Shown piece after piece: positions 23,848 through 37,700 of a DNA stretch of 64,000 nucleotides. Source of the stretch: Podarcis tiliguerta (Eukaryota). The stretch lies in the NCBI GenBank assembly GCA_965153285.1, contig OZ229118.1. The stretch is one strand, 5' to 3'. The notes beneath the pieces were generated by a model. That model worked only from the letters and a program-made list of their open reading frames with translations. It searched no databases and was not told where the DNA came from. The first letter of the stretch is position 1. Every line of letters starts with the position of its first letter. Both the position numbers and the translations under genes were made by a program.

Positions 23848-26605
23848 GTGTGATTATTTGTTTTACAGAAAGTAGCTTTAACACTTAATACACTTAAAGT
23901 ACCTAGGCCTATACAATTATGTGTAACTGTATGTGAGGCGCTCTTGATTTAAACAGTTGGCGTTTCTATATTTTTATTTAGTACCAGTAAATGGTTTTTG
24001 CAGTGCCATTCAATGGTACAAGGTTCCATTTAACACAGACTGACATTCTGAAATAAATTATCATATAATGATAATATATTTAATGTTAATAGCTTCTTTT
24101 TATATGTATGCACATAGGGTTTATTTTATCAAGCTGTGTTTTAGTCAACAAAACAGTTATGAAGTGTTAGAGCTATTAGAAGCACAAGATAGTCTATTAC
24201 TGAATTTTCTTGTATCAAACCTTAACATGCCAATCGTATTTTTTGACTTGTCCTATAACATGTACATGTTCTAGTGGAAGAATAAAATAGGATTTAACTA
24301 CTGAGTTTCCTCATAACATGACAATTACTGGTGCCATCACCTTAGAATGGTTTAACTTTAACTATAAAACATGTTTTACTTTTCAATTTGATACTTGCAA
24401 GTGACAAGTAGGCTTGTGCTCACATATTTTTAATGTGGTTCCTTTACTAAACAACAAATTATACTAAATTATATCATTTTCAATGCATTAAAATGAATAT
24501 TCTCCTATTTTAAATGAAAATTCTCTAATATTCTCATTAATCGAGAATATTCTCCAAAAGATTATTCTTGAAAATTTAACATCACTACCCTAGACTCACG
24601 AAACTCTGGTCATTTTGTTTAAAATGGTATGCTAATGAAATGAATATATATCACAAAATTATTTCATGTTATGTTACAACAAAAATGTGTGTGTATGCTG
24701 AAGTGTGTGCATGGCAGTGTGTATGTGTGCCTGCCTGTTTGCGGTAAAGCTGTATAAAAAGCAGGAAAGTAGCGGAAGCAGGATAACAAATAAAAATAGA
24801 CAGACATCAAGCCAGATGTGGATTCAGCAATTAATCTTGCTTACAATTGACAGAAACCTGAGAAGGATAAAAACCAGTGATTAAACGTTGTAGATTGATG
24901 AGATAATTAACACTGACTGGCATCTTGAGTAGAAATTTACTGCTGTCCCTTGCTTCTTGAGGGAAGAGAATGTGACCTGCTGCTCAGTGCGCTAACATGC
25001 ACCTTTTGTGTCCCTTCACAATACTAGAGCCTCTGGCAGGTCCCAACTCTGGGAATTAAGTAATTTACTTCCAACTGGAAAATCTAATGCTTTAGCCCTA
25101 AAGGTTTCCAGATCAATCTTAGTCATAAACAAGACAGCAGTTGACACAAAAAATAATCTCTACTAGATTCCCAATATACTTCTGCTCTTAGAACTTCCTC
25201 CTTATTGAGGTAACTCAAGGCACAGAAAGGATAATATTCCTCTGGGTATAGCACAACAAATGTATCCCAAAAGAGTTGAATTTTAATTGTGAAAATAACA
25301 GCAAACTATATGTGGCACATCAACCAAAGTGTGCTATGCCACATCATGCCTCCGTTTCCACCCTTCAAATAACACCTGCTTCATGATGTGCTGTGAAGTA
25401 ATTTATTACAGCTCATAAACATAAGGTGAATGTGAGGCAGAAGGTGGAAGGAATGCAGTTTAATAAGGTGCCAGTATTAAAAGGGGGGAAAACTTATCAA
25501 ATCACAAGCTTTTCATAATTGACATATGTGGTAAGAAATGCTGCTACATTCAAGATACAAAAAGCTGTATGGCATTTGTATAGCATATATCTGGCAGGCT
25601 TCCAACATTTCACTTCAGGCACAACTACATTAGTATTAGTTTTCAAAGTGTTTTAAATACTATGGGTTCACAGAAAGGCTTTTGATCTAGAGGAGGCTCT
25701 GTGGAAGCGTGGGCAGAAGTGAATGATTTTTCACCAATTCAACCTTTCATTTTGCAGTCTCTTTTCCCTCCAAAATAAAATATGCTCTGGGAGTTTGGTG
25801 AATCCTCAGGAACAGTGTGGTGTATAGTACAGCGGCTACAGCGGAATCTGCTTCCTACTTCTGTTTACTGGAGTCTCCACTGAACCAAGGGCGCTTGCAC
25901 ACATGGAAGAACTTCCTTCATTCACAAACACACTGTTGGACCAATTCAATTATCTCAATAGTCTTTACAACTAGGCTGAATGGTACCATGTATTATTATT
26001 ACCATAAAGCAGATGAAACAACAAAGAGTCCTGAAATATCTTAAAGAGGAACATATTAATGGTGGCATATGCTTTTAAGAGCATTTTTATATACCCACTT
26101 ACAAAGTTGATTAGTCATCTGAATAAGAATCTGGCTAAATGGATTCGGCAAATTTTGGCCTATGAAAATTCATGTCACACTAAATAGGTTAATCCTTACA
26201 GCATCATAGGATAAACCTCTTTGTTGTTTTTGCTGCTTCAGTAGAATGATGCAACTGGGAGAGTAAAACTGAGATAGTTGCTTGTCTCAGGCCTTTAAAA
26301 AAAAGATTGTCTACCCACTAATGAGGAAACAAATGGGGTCCACAAATTATCAGGGGAGAAGATCATTTCAGTTAAATTCTCATGGGTGTGATCCTGCCTT
26401 GAATTCCCATCTATGACAATACTTTTCTAACAAGCCAGACCTGTTATTATCATCCCGCCATCAACACCATCTGCATGGCTCCTTCGCTCACTGTAGTCTG
26501 AACTTATGTCCAGCAGATGGTGTTGCAAATACACAGCGATTCAATCTGCAAATTTTACAGATGTTTTGGACCCCCCCAAATTAACCCTCAGTTGATCAGT
26601 TCAGC

Positions 26606-26608
<3 letters not shown>

Positions 26609-26636
<28 letters not shown>
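26609..26636. repeat. (CA)n microsatellite
   Basis: Perfect CA run. Confidence 0.95.
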
Positions 26637-26640
<4 letters not shown>

Positions 26641-28421
26641 GGCTTAGCAGATGTTCTTACAGCAATGGGTTTATTTTCTAGAAGCAATCACTGACAAATC
26701 ACAGTTTAATAGTTCAGCATTCTGTTTACCCCTTTCAATATGTCCCCCAGCACCAATGAACACAATGTAAACCTGTTAGAGTTTTTTTCTCAATTAAGCT
26801 GTATATAAATCTTGACAAATAAATAAGTAAAGGTTACTGGGTCTAGCATTTTCAAGAATGCTCCCCTTTCAATGCTGTAATCTTATATACACTGTTTTGG
26901 CAGTCAACACTAATAAAAACTGTGAATGTCCTTGCTTTTAATTTTAGCTGTAATCACAGATCCTGGAGATCAACCCTAGATCAAGAAGCATGCATAAATT
27001 CGAATTAGATAGTTCAAGATAAAGAAATCTGCACTACAAATTTATAGATAGATTAGGATAAAAGTCTCCCCTGGATAACTTGTGGAGGGAGCGGTTGTCA
27101 ACAGTTTATAGCACAACATCAAGAAATAATTTGGTATTTATTGTCAACTGTAATACTGGAAAGTAGCATGTTAATCCATTACTATAAAAGCCCAACAAGA
27201 CAATAAGAGTGTTTCAATGAGGATTCTAAAACTATTCATAGCTAGTGTTATTTCAGCTTCTTTTCGTCTTTTCTTGCTCAGTCTTTCAAAAAAACAAAAC
27301 AAAACAAAACCTTTTACATAGCTATGCAATCCAAACACATATCCAGAAGGCAAGACCACCAATCCCTAAGTCCTCAGAAGATCAATCTACTCAATCCAGG
27401 TAAGAGCTGCCATTTCAAATCACAATGCATAAGTGAAATCCCTCTCAAAAACAGAATGACATAAAAATTTAGGAGGTAAAGTCCGAGGGACTGTTTCTTC
27501 CAATCACATCTATGCAATCCATAACTCCACTCATTATCCTCTCTACTTTGTCACTGTATGACTACGGAGACTACACTACATTTTCCTTTTGAAAACATTG
27601 ATTCCAGCCTAAAGTAAATGTACCAAACAACCACCATCTCCAGGCCACAGCATTACTAAGAACTTGTAAATTATCATTTCATCTCAGGCCCAAATTACGG
27701 TACACATGTTCAGAAATATCACAAGGAATAGCTTATATACAGGCCAGGGGCTATATGTTCGAAAGCTTTGTCTCATTGTTTTATTTTTAAAGCAAAAAAC
27801 AAGACTCAGCAAAGGGGCTAGAACTTTCCCCATCATGCTAGCTTTCCATGAATTGGTATATTTTAATATTAAGGAATATTCAAAAAGTTGACTTGGGACT
27901 GAGGACAATTCAGTTTGCCTCCAATGCACACTTCTGGAAACAATATGTCAACCAAAACACAGCTTTACTTCAAAATTGACACATGTCTAAATTTTGCAAC
28001 TTTCAAATCAAACACTGTATACCAAAATGAGTATATTAGGGTAAGGTGTTCTTTAAAATGTACATATGAGTGAAAAAAACTTTTGAAAATGCATTATATA
28101 AGGAAAACTGTTTGCAAAAATGCATATATTAGGCATGGTTGCATAAAATAATGTATATATAAGTAGACATGAGCCCGAAAATGCTGACAATTTTTGTATA
28201 ACTAAAATAAAGCAAACTGAGGCAGAAATGAAACAAACTAAACTTACAGTTGGGAAAAGTGAGAAAGTGGGGGGGGGGGGACCAAAAGTGACAGATTCAT
28301 CAGTCTGTACATGTGACACACAAACATCATTCTGAGGTGATATACTTTCAGGACGGCTTTTCCATATGTTTTAAGTTTCATCTAGATGGTATAGTTTGAA
28401 ATTGGATGGGGGACCACGTGT

Positions 28422-28499
28422 TTAGATTCCTGAAATGTAGGGCATTGGACCAGATGATCCCTGAAGAGCCTTCCAACTCTACAATTCTATGATTCTATG
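28422..28499 (+). mobile_element. CR1 LINE 3' terminus
   Basis: GATTCCTG...TTGGACCAGATGATCCCTG...CCTTCCAACTCTACA followed by (ATTCTATG)x2. Confidence 0.85.
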
Positions 28500-29022
28500 T
28501 ATGCCAGTTTCCAAACTGCTTCTCCCACCAAAATCCACAGTGGTGAGGAAATCAATATCCTCTTCATTTTGTTAAGATGAACCACACAACGAGTGATGCA
28601 GTAATGATTGGCTAGCTTACCTCAAACTGACCTTGTCGAATTCAGGCTTCCTTCCTCCAACAATGACAAAAAGCAACCCTGACTTGCGATGTTGAAAAAT
28701 CACAAATCCTCAACTAATTCCATATCTATCAGCTTAGACACAGACGTCATCTGTTCAGTCCACCCAAAGTTCAAACTGCTGGGAAACCGAACTTAATCCA
28801 ACAGATTACAGTTTTGCATGCCAACATCAAACCTTCATTTGAAAAGAGATATTTATATGCAGTGGGAAATATACAAATAAATTGCTGTTTTGACATCCCC
28901 TCCTCCATGGACTAGCAATGCCACAAATATCTAGGAAGAGCACATGGTAAAGGAATCGAAACCATATTAAGTATTTCATTTGCTGTTCTCAAACTCCAAA
29001 TCTACTATTTGGGGGCTAGAAT

Positions 29023-29048
29023 ACACACACACACACACACACACACAC
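29023..29048. repeat. (CA)n microsatellite
   Basis: Perfect CA run. Confidence 0.95.
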
Positions 29049-31380
29049 GGCATACCTTATTGGTAACTTGGTAAATGTGTGAATTGACTTCAGGTCATGA
29101 TAGGGCCCAGGGAAGAAAGTCAAGATGGAGAACAGCATTGGCAGACGTGGTAAGGAACAGTGATGGTGCAAAATAACATGGAAAGCCCTTTCAGTAATTG
29201 TAATGATTTTGCACCTATGTATTAGCACCAACAAATTCACCAATAAAAGATGGAAATCTATAAAGTAATTCAAAATAGAGACAACATTTGTTATGTAAAA
29301 CTCATTATCATTTCCATATTTTTTGTATGAGCCAGTCTCCAGTAATTAATCTATCCAGAGGTTCATGGCAGCAAATAATGCAATGAAAAATAAATATAAT
29401 CTAGTTTTGTGGATTTCTGTGGAGAATTAAAGCATGGGGGGGAGGCAAAACTAGACATGGGGGGAGGAAAAACTAGACAAGGGTAAAATGCAGTTTTGTC
29501 CTATTCCAAATAGGCTCAGGCTTTCTAAGCCTTTTTTGAAATTCCTGGGACTAAACTCTGCTTTCCCCCAATAATTTTCCAAAGCTCAGAAATGTCCATC
29601 TGGGGAAGGTCAACCACTGCCATCAGCAGAGAATTAACCACAAACATCTTAGATATTTTATTGTTGTGGCACAGATAAGAGAGTGACCAGGATCCAGGAA
29701 GGAAAGCACTGTGCAAGTAAACATTTTAAAATATTATGCAAGTTGAACTTTTAAAATAGGTAGGAGGAATACAAGATGAATAATAAAAGAATTCTGTAAT
29801 TCTGCACTTGTTTGCAGACTGAATTTTGTACGCTGACTCAGTGGCTGTAACATGATGTTACTGTCATAACAGCAAAAGAATGTATCTGGGAACTGATACC
29901 ACTTGTCAGCCCAGGAAATTGAAAATAGTACAATTGATGGGTGTCTCTCTCTAACAGCTTTGTATTCTTTATTTTGTTTAAGTTGAGACAGCAGTGTTGT
30001 TATCTGAAAATGGAGTTTTAAAATACTATTAAGTGCATGTAGTTTGGGGAAATAATGCCAAAGCTACATTTTATCAATATCATCAAAACGATTCAGATCT
30101 TCCACACAGAGAGAAGGCTTTTCAACACTCCTTCCTACCTGGATATTTCTTTACTTGTTTCATATACCCTCATGGTTTTCTTCCCCATAGAAATTATTAC
30201 ATAGGTGCAATTTGGATGTCACACTAAAGCACATTTTAGAATGAAGAGAATGTGGCATTGAATGTGGGATTCATACACTCCCACTCCTCTCCTGCTGTTC
30301 AAAAAAGTTGAGCAGCTTTTGTTTCCATTTTTTGATTCACCACAGCTTATCACATCACCTGAATCTGGATATAATATGCTTCATTTTAGCTATGTTTAAT
30401 TGAAACAAGTCAGCTTCAAACCACAGCAAGCTTCTTTCAACTAGCCATACTTAAGAATAAACATAGTTTTGTGTTCATGCAACAAACTAAACTGTGGTTA
30501 ATCTAAAATAGAAGTGGAAGCTTCCCAACTTCTCCCAGGCTGCACAAACAGGGTTTGTTTGAAGTAACCCAAACTCAAACACAGATATGCCCTAAGGATG
30601 AGTCATGTGTAAACAGGGTTAGTGTCTGTGATTGGTTGGAAGATCAAGAGCTGACATGTGTTGATGATGGGAGCATCTAAAGGATGAATGACTGAAGAAA
30701 GTATTCAACACAGAAGTTTACTGGGAATTCAATGCCACACAGGAATGCCAGTAGGCACCCTGTAATTCCAGTTACCATTTGTATACTGTACAAGAGGGCA
30801 GTCCAGCACCAGCTATCTGAAACCAACAAGCAGGCCTCACCAACAGGGATCCAAGGAAGAAGTCGAGGTGCCTCCCAAATTGGGAGTAAACACATCATCT
30901 GTACATTAACAGCCAAAGAGTTATGTTCACCATTATCTCAAATGGCATACTCTTTACCTGAGGAAGTTGGGTGTGTGAGGAAATTTGCGTGCGTGAGCCA
31001 AGCAAAGTTATCCTATAACTGTAGCAGGTAGAAGAATATGGAGAAGGAATAAGGCCCAGGAGCAGGAAGCTATTACCTTTTAATACTGTTTTAACACGGA
31101 AACAGGAGGGGCTTCCTTAGGGGCAGTGAGATATCACTTCTGGGAAATTGTGCACAACAGCAAGGCAAGGAGTGATGAGTTAATCTGTGCAGTTGTTGGT
31201 GATGGGACCTAATCTTAGCTTAACTGTACAGCTATTATTCAGGATTCACTATAGTCCATTAGGCTCAAGTATGAAACAGAGTAACTATGGGGCAAACACC
31301 AGATGGAAAACCAAATCAGTTCCTCAGGTGCTGATTAAGTAAAGTGGCCTTCTGCACGATTGTAGCTGGTACCATTTAGC

Positions 31381-31821
31381 TGTTATAACTCTGTGAATAA
31401 CAATTGCCAAAGGTTTTGAGAGTTCCTGTCTATACTGGAGCCTACCTGTTCCTTGCTGCCTGAAAAGGACAGGGTTTTTCTTAGGAGTAGGAAATCTGGG
31501 AGCAGTGGAATTGGAGAAGCAAAGATCTCAAGTAGGGTTGAATCAGTATATAAGAACTGAAACAGGAAGCAACATCTCTGAAGTGGAACCACAAACAGAA
31601 AGAAAGCCAGTGTGATGATTTAAGGAAGGACATCACTTGCTCAGGAAAACAAGAAATGAGACTGATTTAGTAGCAGAATGCTAGACAGATGATCAAGTTG
31701 TGAAAACAGAAGAGTGTGGTAGACTAGATGAGTGAATATCAAAGCTTGAATCAGACTTTTTGTTCAGGGATTGAGAGCATTTTTCAGGGAGACACATAAC
31801 TCCAAAACCAGCACTGTAACA
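31381..31821 (+). mobile_element. Possible old solo LTR
   Basis: Begins TGTTATA and ends TGTAACA (5-bp terminal inverted repeat TGTTA/TAACA). Internal GTATATAAG TATA-like box near 31547. TSD not intact. Confidence 0.45.
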
Positions 31822-32568
31822 AGTATTGGACTAGTCCAATAACCAAATACATCTCTTAGCTTAGGGATGCCATATGTCTGGAATCTTCCAGACATAGGCA
31901 AGATTCGTCCATCGAAAGCAGTGTCCAGCCCTAACTCATTTCTGAGTACTTGAAATGGTTATATAGCAGCAACTACTGCTTGACAGCCGTAACTGCTGCA
32001 AAACTGCTTGGACTCATTAGTGCTGGCATGGAGGAATGTGCTGTAAAACACACCGCTGGAAAATGCAGTAGGACAACCATTTTTCTTTAATGAAATGGAC
32101 ATTTGAAGGAAAGTGAGGCCTACATGTTCTTATGACTATCAGAGCCAGCGATGCCTTCCTCACTAATATGAATGGAAGAAGCGGACTATTTGAACAAACA
32201 ACTGTCGTCACACTTTTTTAAAAAATGTTGTAAGTGTGTGTTGGGCACTGAGAAAGCATCAGGGTGCATGTACAAAACCTTGCAAAACTTTGCTTTGATT
32301 ACTTACTACAAAGCAGAAAATGCAAAGTGAGCTACTGTGAAGAAATTACGAATAAACAAAAAAACACCCCTCTAAACCATGAGCTCCCCTAAGCAATTTC
32401 CTCAAAACCTAATTACTAGTTTTTCTTTTTAAAATGGGACTTGTACGTGTGTTGTTAACACAGGCTTGTTTGTAAAAAGAAAGAAAAATAATAACCAAAA
32501 CCATTAAGGAAAATAACATTAGATTATATATCCATAGATTAAACAGATAGAGCTGTATGTCGCAAATC

Positions 32569-32595
32569 ATAGATAGATAGATAGATAGATAGATA
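32569..32595. repeat. (GATA)n tetranucleotide repeat
   Basis: ATAG run. Confidence 0.93.
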
Positions 32596-33520
32596 GGTAG
32601 TGACCTCCTGTGATATCTGTAATGTTACATTTAATGCTGGTTCTTTAATATAAAAATTGATCATACAAATCTGTGTTTTCCTTCCACCATCATGAAAACT
32701 TCTGCTTTAAAACTTCATCATACAATAAAGAAGATGGATGGAATCATTCGCCATCTGCTTAAGCAAATACACTTAAAGATGCTTCCACAAGTGTGATTAA
32801 GTGACAGCAGATCTAGGAGCAAAGAGTACTCAGATTTCAAAATGATGATTGTACAGCTGTAGCCTGCATCATTAGGGAGCCATAAAATTTTATGTTCCAT
32901 TTGGATAGCAAGGACCTTTGTTGCAGATTTGGTGGAATGGGCAAATCAAGAAATGATCCATTTAGCAGTTGTGAATTTAGAAAGGCCAATAAAATAAGAT
33001 CCTGTGCTATTGTCACCATTTACAACCACCTAAATTTGTTTCATGATTTTTCACTAGTTTACTATTTCTTTTTCCTACTGGAGTCATACTTTCTCAATGC
33101 ATTATCTGTGCAAACCGCTGTACACTGGTTTCAGCCAATCCTGAACAGAATCAGGCTAATTCAGGCTGATCTGTCTAGAGTATGTCAAGGCAGCTACAAA
33201 TCACTACAGAGTGGGCTGGGCCAGCACAAATAAATATGTAGCAATTAGTGCTGATCTGTGGCTCAGAACAGTTCCTCAGGAATCCAGACAGACCGCCTCC
33301 AAACTGTTGCAATTATTAATTTCACCACCACATAAAGAGAATGTCAAGATGGTGAGAAGGAGAGATGCTTATTGAGAGTTGCAGGTCTAGGATCTCACCC
33401 CACACAGCTGACCACCCACAGTGCTTACGGGGGGGGGGGGGAATTGGAGATGCATTAATATAGAACTCTTAGAAACAGTTTGGTGACATTTGTGTAGCCT
33501 GTTTTGTTTCCTTCCCAGTA

Positions 33521-33745
33521 CAGTGGTACCTCTAGTTACGAACTTAATTCATTAACCTGAAACTGTTCTTAACTAGAGGCGTGCTTTCGCTAATGGGGCC
33601 TCTTGCTGCTGCTGCGCCGCCGGCACACGATTTCCGTTCTCATCCTGGGGCAAAGTTCTCAACTCAATGTAACTCTTCCAGGTTAGCAGAGTTTGTAACC
33701 TGAAGCCTTTGTAACCTGAGGCGTTTGTAACTTGAAGTACCACTG
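33521..33745. mobile_element. Tc1/mariner MITE, same family as 2457-2698, opposite orientation
   Basis: TA|CAGTGGTACCTCTAGTTAC ... GTAACTTGAAGTACCACTG. The interior is the reverse complement of the 2457 copy (TAACCTGAA repeats, TTCTCATCCTG, CAAAGTTCT). Confidence 0.9.
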
Positions 33746-34619
33746 TTTATATAACCTGTTTGAATGATTTCCAAAATTTCCCAATCAGTCTCAGTCCCAT
33801 CTTAATGCACCCTGTCCTATTTTGTCTCTAAGTCTCAAGTAAGGTTTCTTTAGCTGTGTTCTGATTTCTGTGTCTGTCTTCATTAGTACTTTCTCATGTG
33901 TGTTCACACATAAGTATTGTGAGTACATTGTACACAGTGGGCAATCAGCACCCATACAGTGTAATATCATATACATCAGGTTTTTTAAAAAAGTATTTTT
34001 GAAGGGGGGGAAAGAACATTAAGGTAGTTAGCACACGCACACTCCTAAAGCTACCTGTCTGCAAATTGGCAGGTTTAATCCCCTCTTCGAACACTACCAT
34101 GTCATTAAATTTCATGCTCCTATGTGTGAATACCAAAATGTTATGGCCATTTGAATTTTAAAACATGTTAAGGTAGCTAGCATGAAAACGCCTAACACTA
34201 CCAGGGTTGATCACCTCCATAGGGGCTAGCATGCCTGCATATTTCATGATGCTATGTGAAAAAACCATAAATATTATCTCCATTTTGGTTTTCCAATTTA
34301 AGCCAATGGGATTTCCAAAGATTTCTTTTTCCAGGGCTATAAAATACAAACTATCAGGGGGAGCCTGGGCTGGATTAGGACTGGATTGGTCTAGACCAAA
34401 CAGTGGGTCTGTACACAGCCCTATAAAAACAAAACAATATTCATAATACAAAATGCATTAAAACTGTAAAAAGAGAGAGCTACAAAAAATTTACAAAGCT
34501 ATGCGTGGTGGTGTCAGTGGCAATATAGACACACCAGTCTTAGTGAAATAAACATGGTTTTGCTATCTGTCAGAAGATCTTTAAGGAAAGAACCAAGCAG
34601 TTCTGCAACTTTGGTATCA

Positions 34620-34935
34620 CATTTGAAATGTCATCTGCCTCCACCTAACAGTCCTCTTAAAGCAGCGAAGTACAGAGCACGCTGGAGGTGGTGAATGTAG
34701 TATGTTGATAGTTTCATGTGGGAGAAAGCTGTCCTTGAAGTAATCTGGCTACAAGACATTTAGGGCTTTATAGGTAATAAGCAGGACTTCATATTTGGTG
34801 CAGAACTGAATCAGCCACCAGGATAGATCTTTAAAAATTAACAAATTAAAGTAATATACTCTGAAGAATGCTGCCCTGGTCGCACATTTGCATCAAGGGC
34901 AGTTTCTTGACACATTTGAAAGGCATACAGAGGGC
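34620..34935 (-). mobile_element. Decayed L2 LINE 3' fragment
   Basis: ATTTAGGGCTTTATAGGTAATAA is the reverse complement of the L2 'ITYKALN' region, homologous to 54830-54860. Confidence 0.65.
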
Positions 34936-37524
34936 ATACCATTTTGTGCAGTTACGGGGACCCACCAGTCTGTGGTTTGAATATGGTCCCCAGCTGGATT
35001 TGATCTGGCCCTCTGCCCCACTCCTGCATTCATTAGCTCTTCAATGGAAGTAGCTTAGAGGGGGAAAGGCTTTGGTGTTTTGCAACATATGCAATTGTAG
35101 TTCCTTCCTCAGCAGGAAGATCAAAGCAGAGGGGACAATATTTACAGCCAGTCAGTTGGATGGCTCTGCCAGTCATTAGCTATGGTTGTCTCCCTGTCTC
35201 CCAATCCCAATGAGCAGCAGCCACCATTGCCTGTCATTTATTCACATATCTAGAGTTCACTGACCTGTTTAGTTTTCTGTGCATCAGACAAAGTGCTACC
35301 AAATACTGTAAGTTTTTGTACTAAAGCTTTTATAATCCATACAACCAAGAAAGCCAGTATTCTGCCAGCTTAATGGGTATGTTTTGATTGTATAATCGCT
35401 ATTAGGTATAATTTAGGTTCACATCAGCAACAGGTGAGCACAGTGACAGGGGAGGGGGGAGCTTTGGAAACTATTAAATGTATAGGAATATAAGCAATCT
35501 GTGTTTCATTATTCATTAGTTTTGCTTCACTCCACTCCCTACCTATTAAACATTTTCAACAACATTCACATTCAACAACAAAAGCAGACACACCATAAGC
35601 TCTTAACAGATCGGAAACAAGTACCCTGCTGCTTTAGGCTGACATCAGCAGATTTTCACGCAAAAATGTTTGTGTGTTTTCGCCCTCTAGACAATCAAAA
35701 TCCCGGTCTCTAAATATTTCTGCCACCTGGTCCAGCTTCCAGAGAAACAAAGTTTTTTTTTAACATTTTCATCTTTTTTTAAAAAAAAGCAAATATACTG
35801 TTTGAAACTTAATTGCTAGGATGTTAATAAAGATGAAAGGCGAAAAAAGTCCAAACCCAAGCTATAGTGAATGAAGGTTTTACAAGGTGCTGTCTGAATC
35901 ACTTTTATTTCCTGGGGCACCTTTTTTTTAAATCTAGTTATAGTGCAATATTTTTTGTTTCATCTGTTTCTCTTATGTGCTTTCAACAGCTTCAAATTAA
36001 ATCAATGTTATCATTATAGAAGAACAGAAAGCCTGTGGATCTAATTAGTTCTCCTTATTGGCCCAATTTGTTATCAATTTCATTAAATACAGACTTCAAG
36101 AGAAAAGGCTGGGACACATTTGCAAAGAACATTATCTTGAGAAATGTTTTCCTAGCCTTCAACAACAGCTGAACTTGAAATGAAGATTAATAAAAGAGAA
36201 ATGTGACTGATTTGCAGTCAGATGGCATTTCCTTCTTATTCGTCATATAACACAAAGGGCCATAAATCCAAAGAGAGTTAACATTCTTGCCCTTTATGAA
36301 CCTAGCATTCAAATGCCAGTTAGATCTTGAGTTATTTAAGCCAGTTTAGTCCTGTTACCTTCAGTGGAATTAAATAATAGGAGTGTCCCGGTGTCTTTAA
36401 ATATTCAGTGAGCAATAGATTTGAAAGCATATAAAGAATTCAGAAAGAACCATGGGGGTTCACTGCACTACCACAGTGTTCAAGCGATTCACATGCTTCT
36501 CTTAGAACCCTAAAAGTACACTTCAACTTGCAGAAAGTCTTCAATGTGACAACAGTCATTCACAGAAGCATGCATCATGCTGCATGATGCTGTGATACAA
36601 GAAGCAGCAAAACCCCACGTTACTCATGTGATGCCTCCAAGATTCATTTAGTGTTACAGATGTGCAGAAAAATGAAAGATACTTCAAATTCTCATACAAC
36701 AGCCATGAACTTTCATTTGATTTTATCTGTTAGATTTGTAACTTGGTGAGTAAATTGTGCCTTATTATGAGGTCAGTTTGTGCATCCCTAAGCAATGATA
36801 TTGAAAGATAAGGTGTGATTTACTTTTCGTATCTTTTATTATTATATAGTTTACAACTGGGTCCTGCCACAATAGGTTATACTGTAAGAAACATTTGTCT
36901 GTTCATATTTCAAGACAGCCTAAAACAGGTTCCTTGTGATGTTATTCAGGCCTCTCGCGGTGGGGGGTTGGGTTGAGTTTGAGGAACAGAAAATACATAA
37001 GGGACACCTTTCCCCTATCCCTCACAAGGCTTGTTATGGTGACTGCTGATAATGTTTTCTTGAGAAGTACAAAGATTGTTTAAATTAATGCATTTGGCCA
37101 ATATTTGTCCACTGGAGCCCAAACAGAATTTGTCTCTACAAAGAAATGCATGTCCACTTTTTTCTATTCCTATTCAGCAGTTCAGCTACCAACCACTGAG
37201 AAGCAAAGTGTGTATTTGTGTTATAATAATAATAATAAATCCATTACAATGATCAAAACACTAAAGGCATTCAATATAGAGTAGTCGTGTCTATTCAACC
37301 TTCAGTAAGGATCATGCTGTCTTTTATCCAGATACAAGGCATAATAAAGAGAGCGTCTATTAAAAATGAAGCAAGAACAATGGGCACACCAGACTTCAAA
37401 GCAAGTAGAAGATTAATGTGTGATTAGCAAAGGGAACTGGAAATGATTAAGGAGTAACTGATAAACAGTGTACTGTAGTTGACATATATGTGGATCACAA
37501 CAAAAATTTTAAAGATAAAGTATC

Positions 37525-37700
37525 ACAGCTCAGCATCACAGATTAGTAGTAGTACATCTGCTTTGCATGCAAAATGTCTCAGATTCAATCCATAGCATTC
37601 TCATGTAGGGCTTGGAATGTCCCCTGTCTGAAAACTGGCCAGTCAGATAATACCAAGCTAGCTGGAAAAATCACTATAAGGCAGCACCCTATGTTACTTT
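37525..37700 (+). mobile_element. Old tRNA-derived SINE
   Basis: Head CATCTGCTTTGCATGCA...GATTCAATCC (B-box-like) and tail TATAAGGCAGC...CTATGT. A related reverse copy lies at about 58910-59065. Confidence 0.55.
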
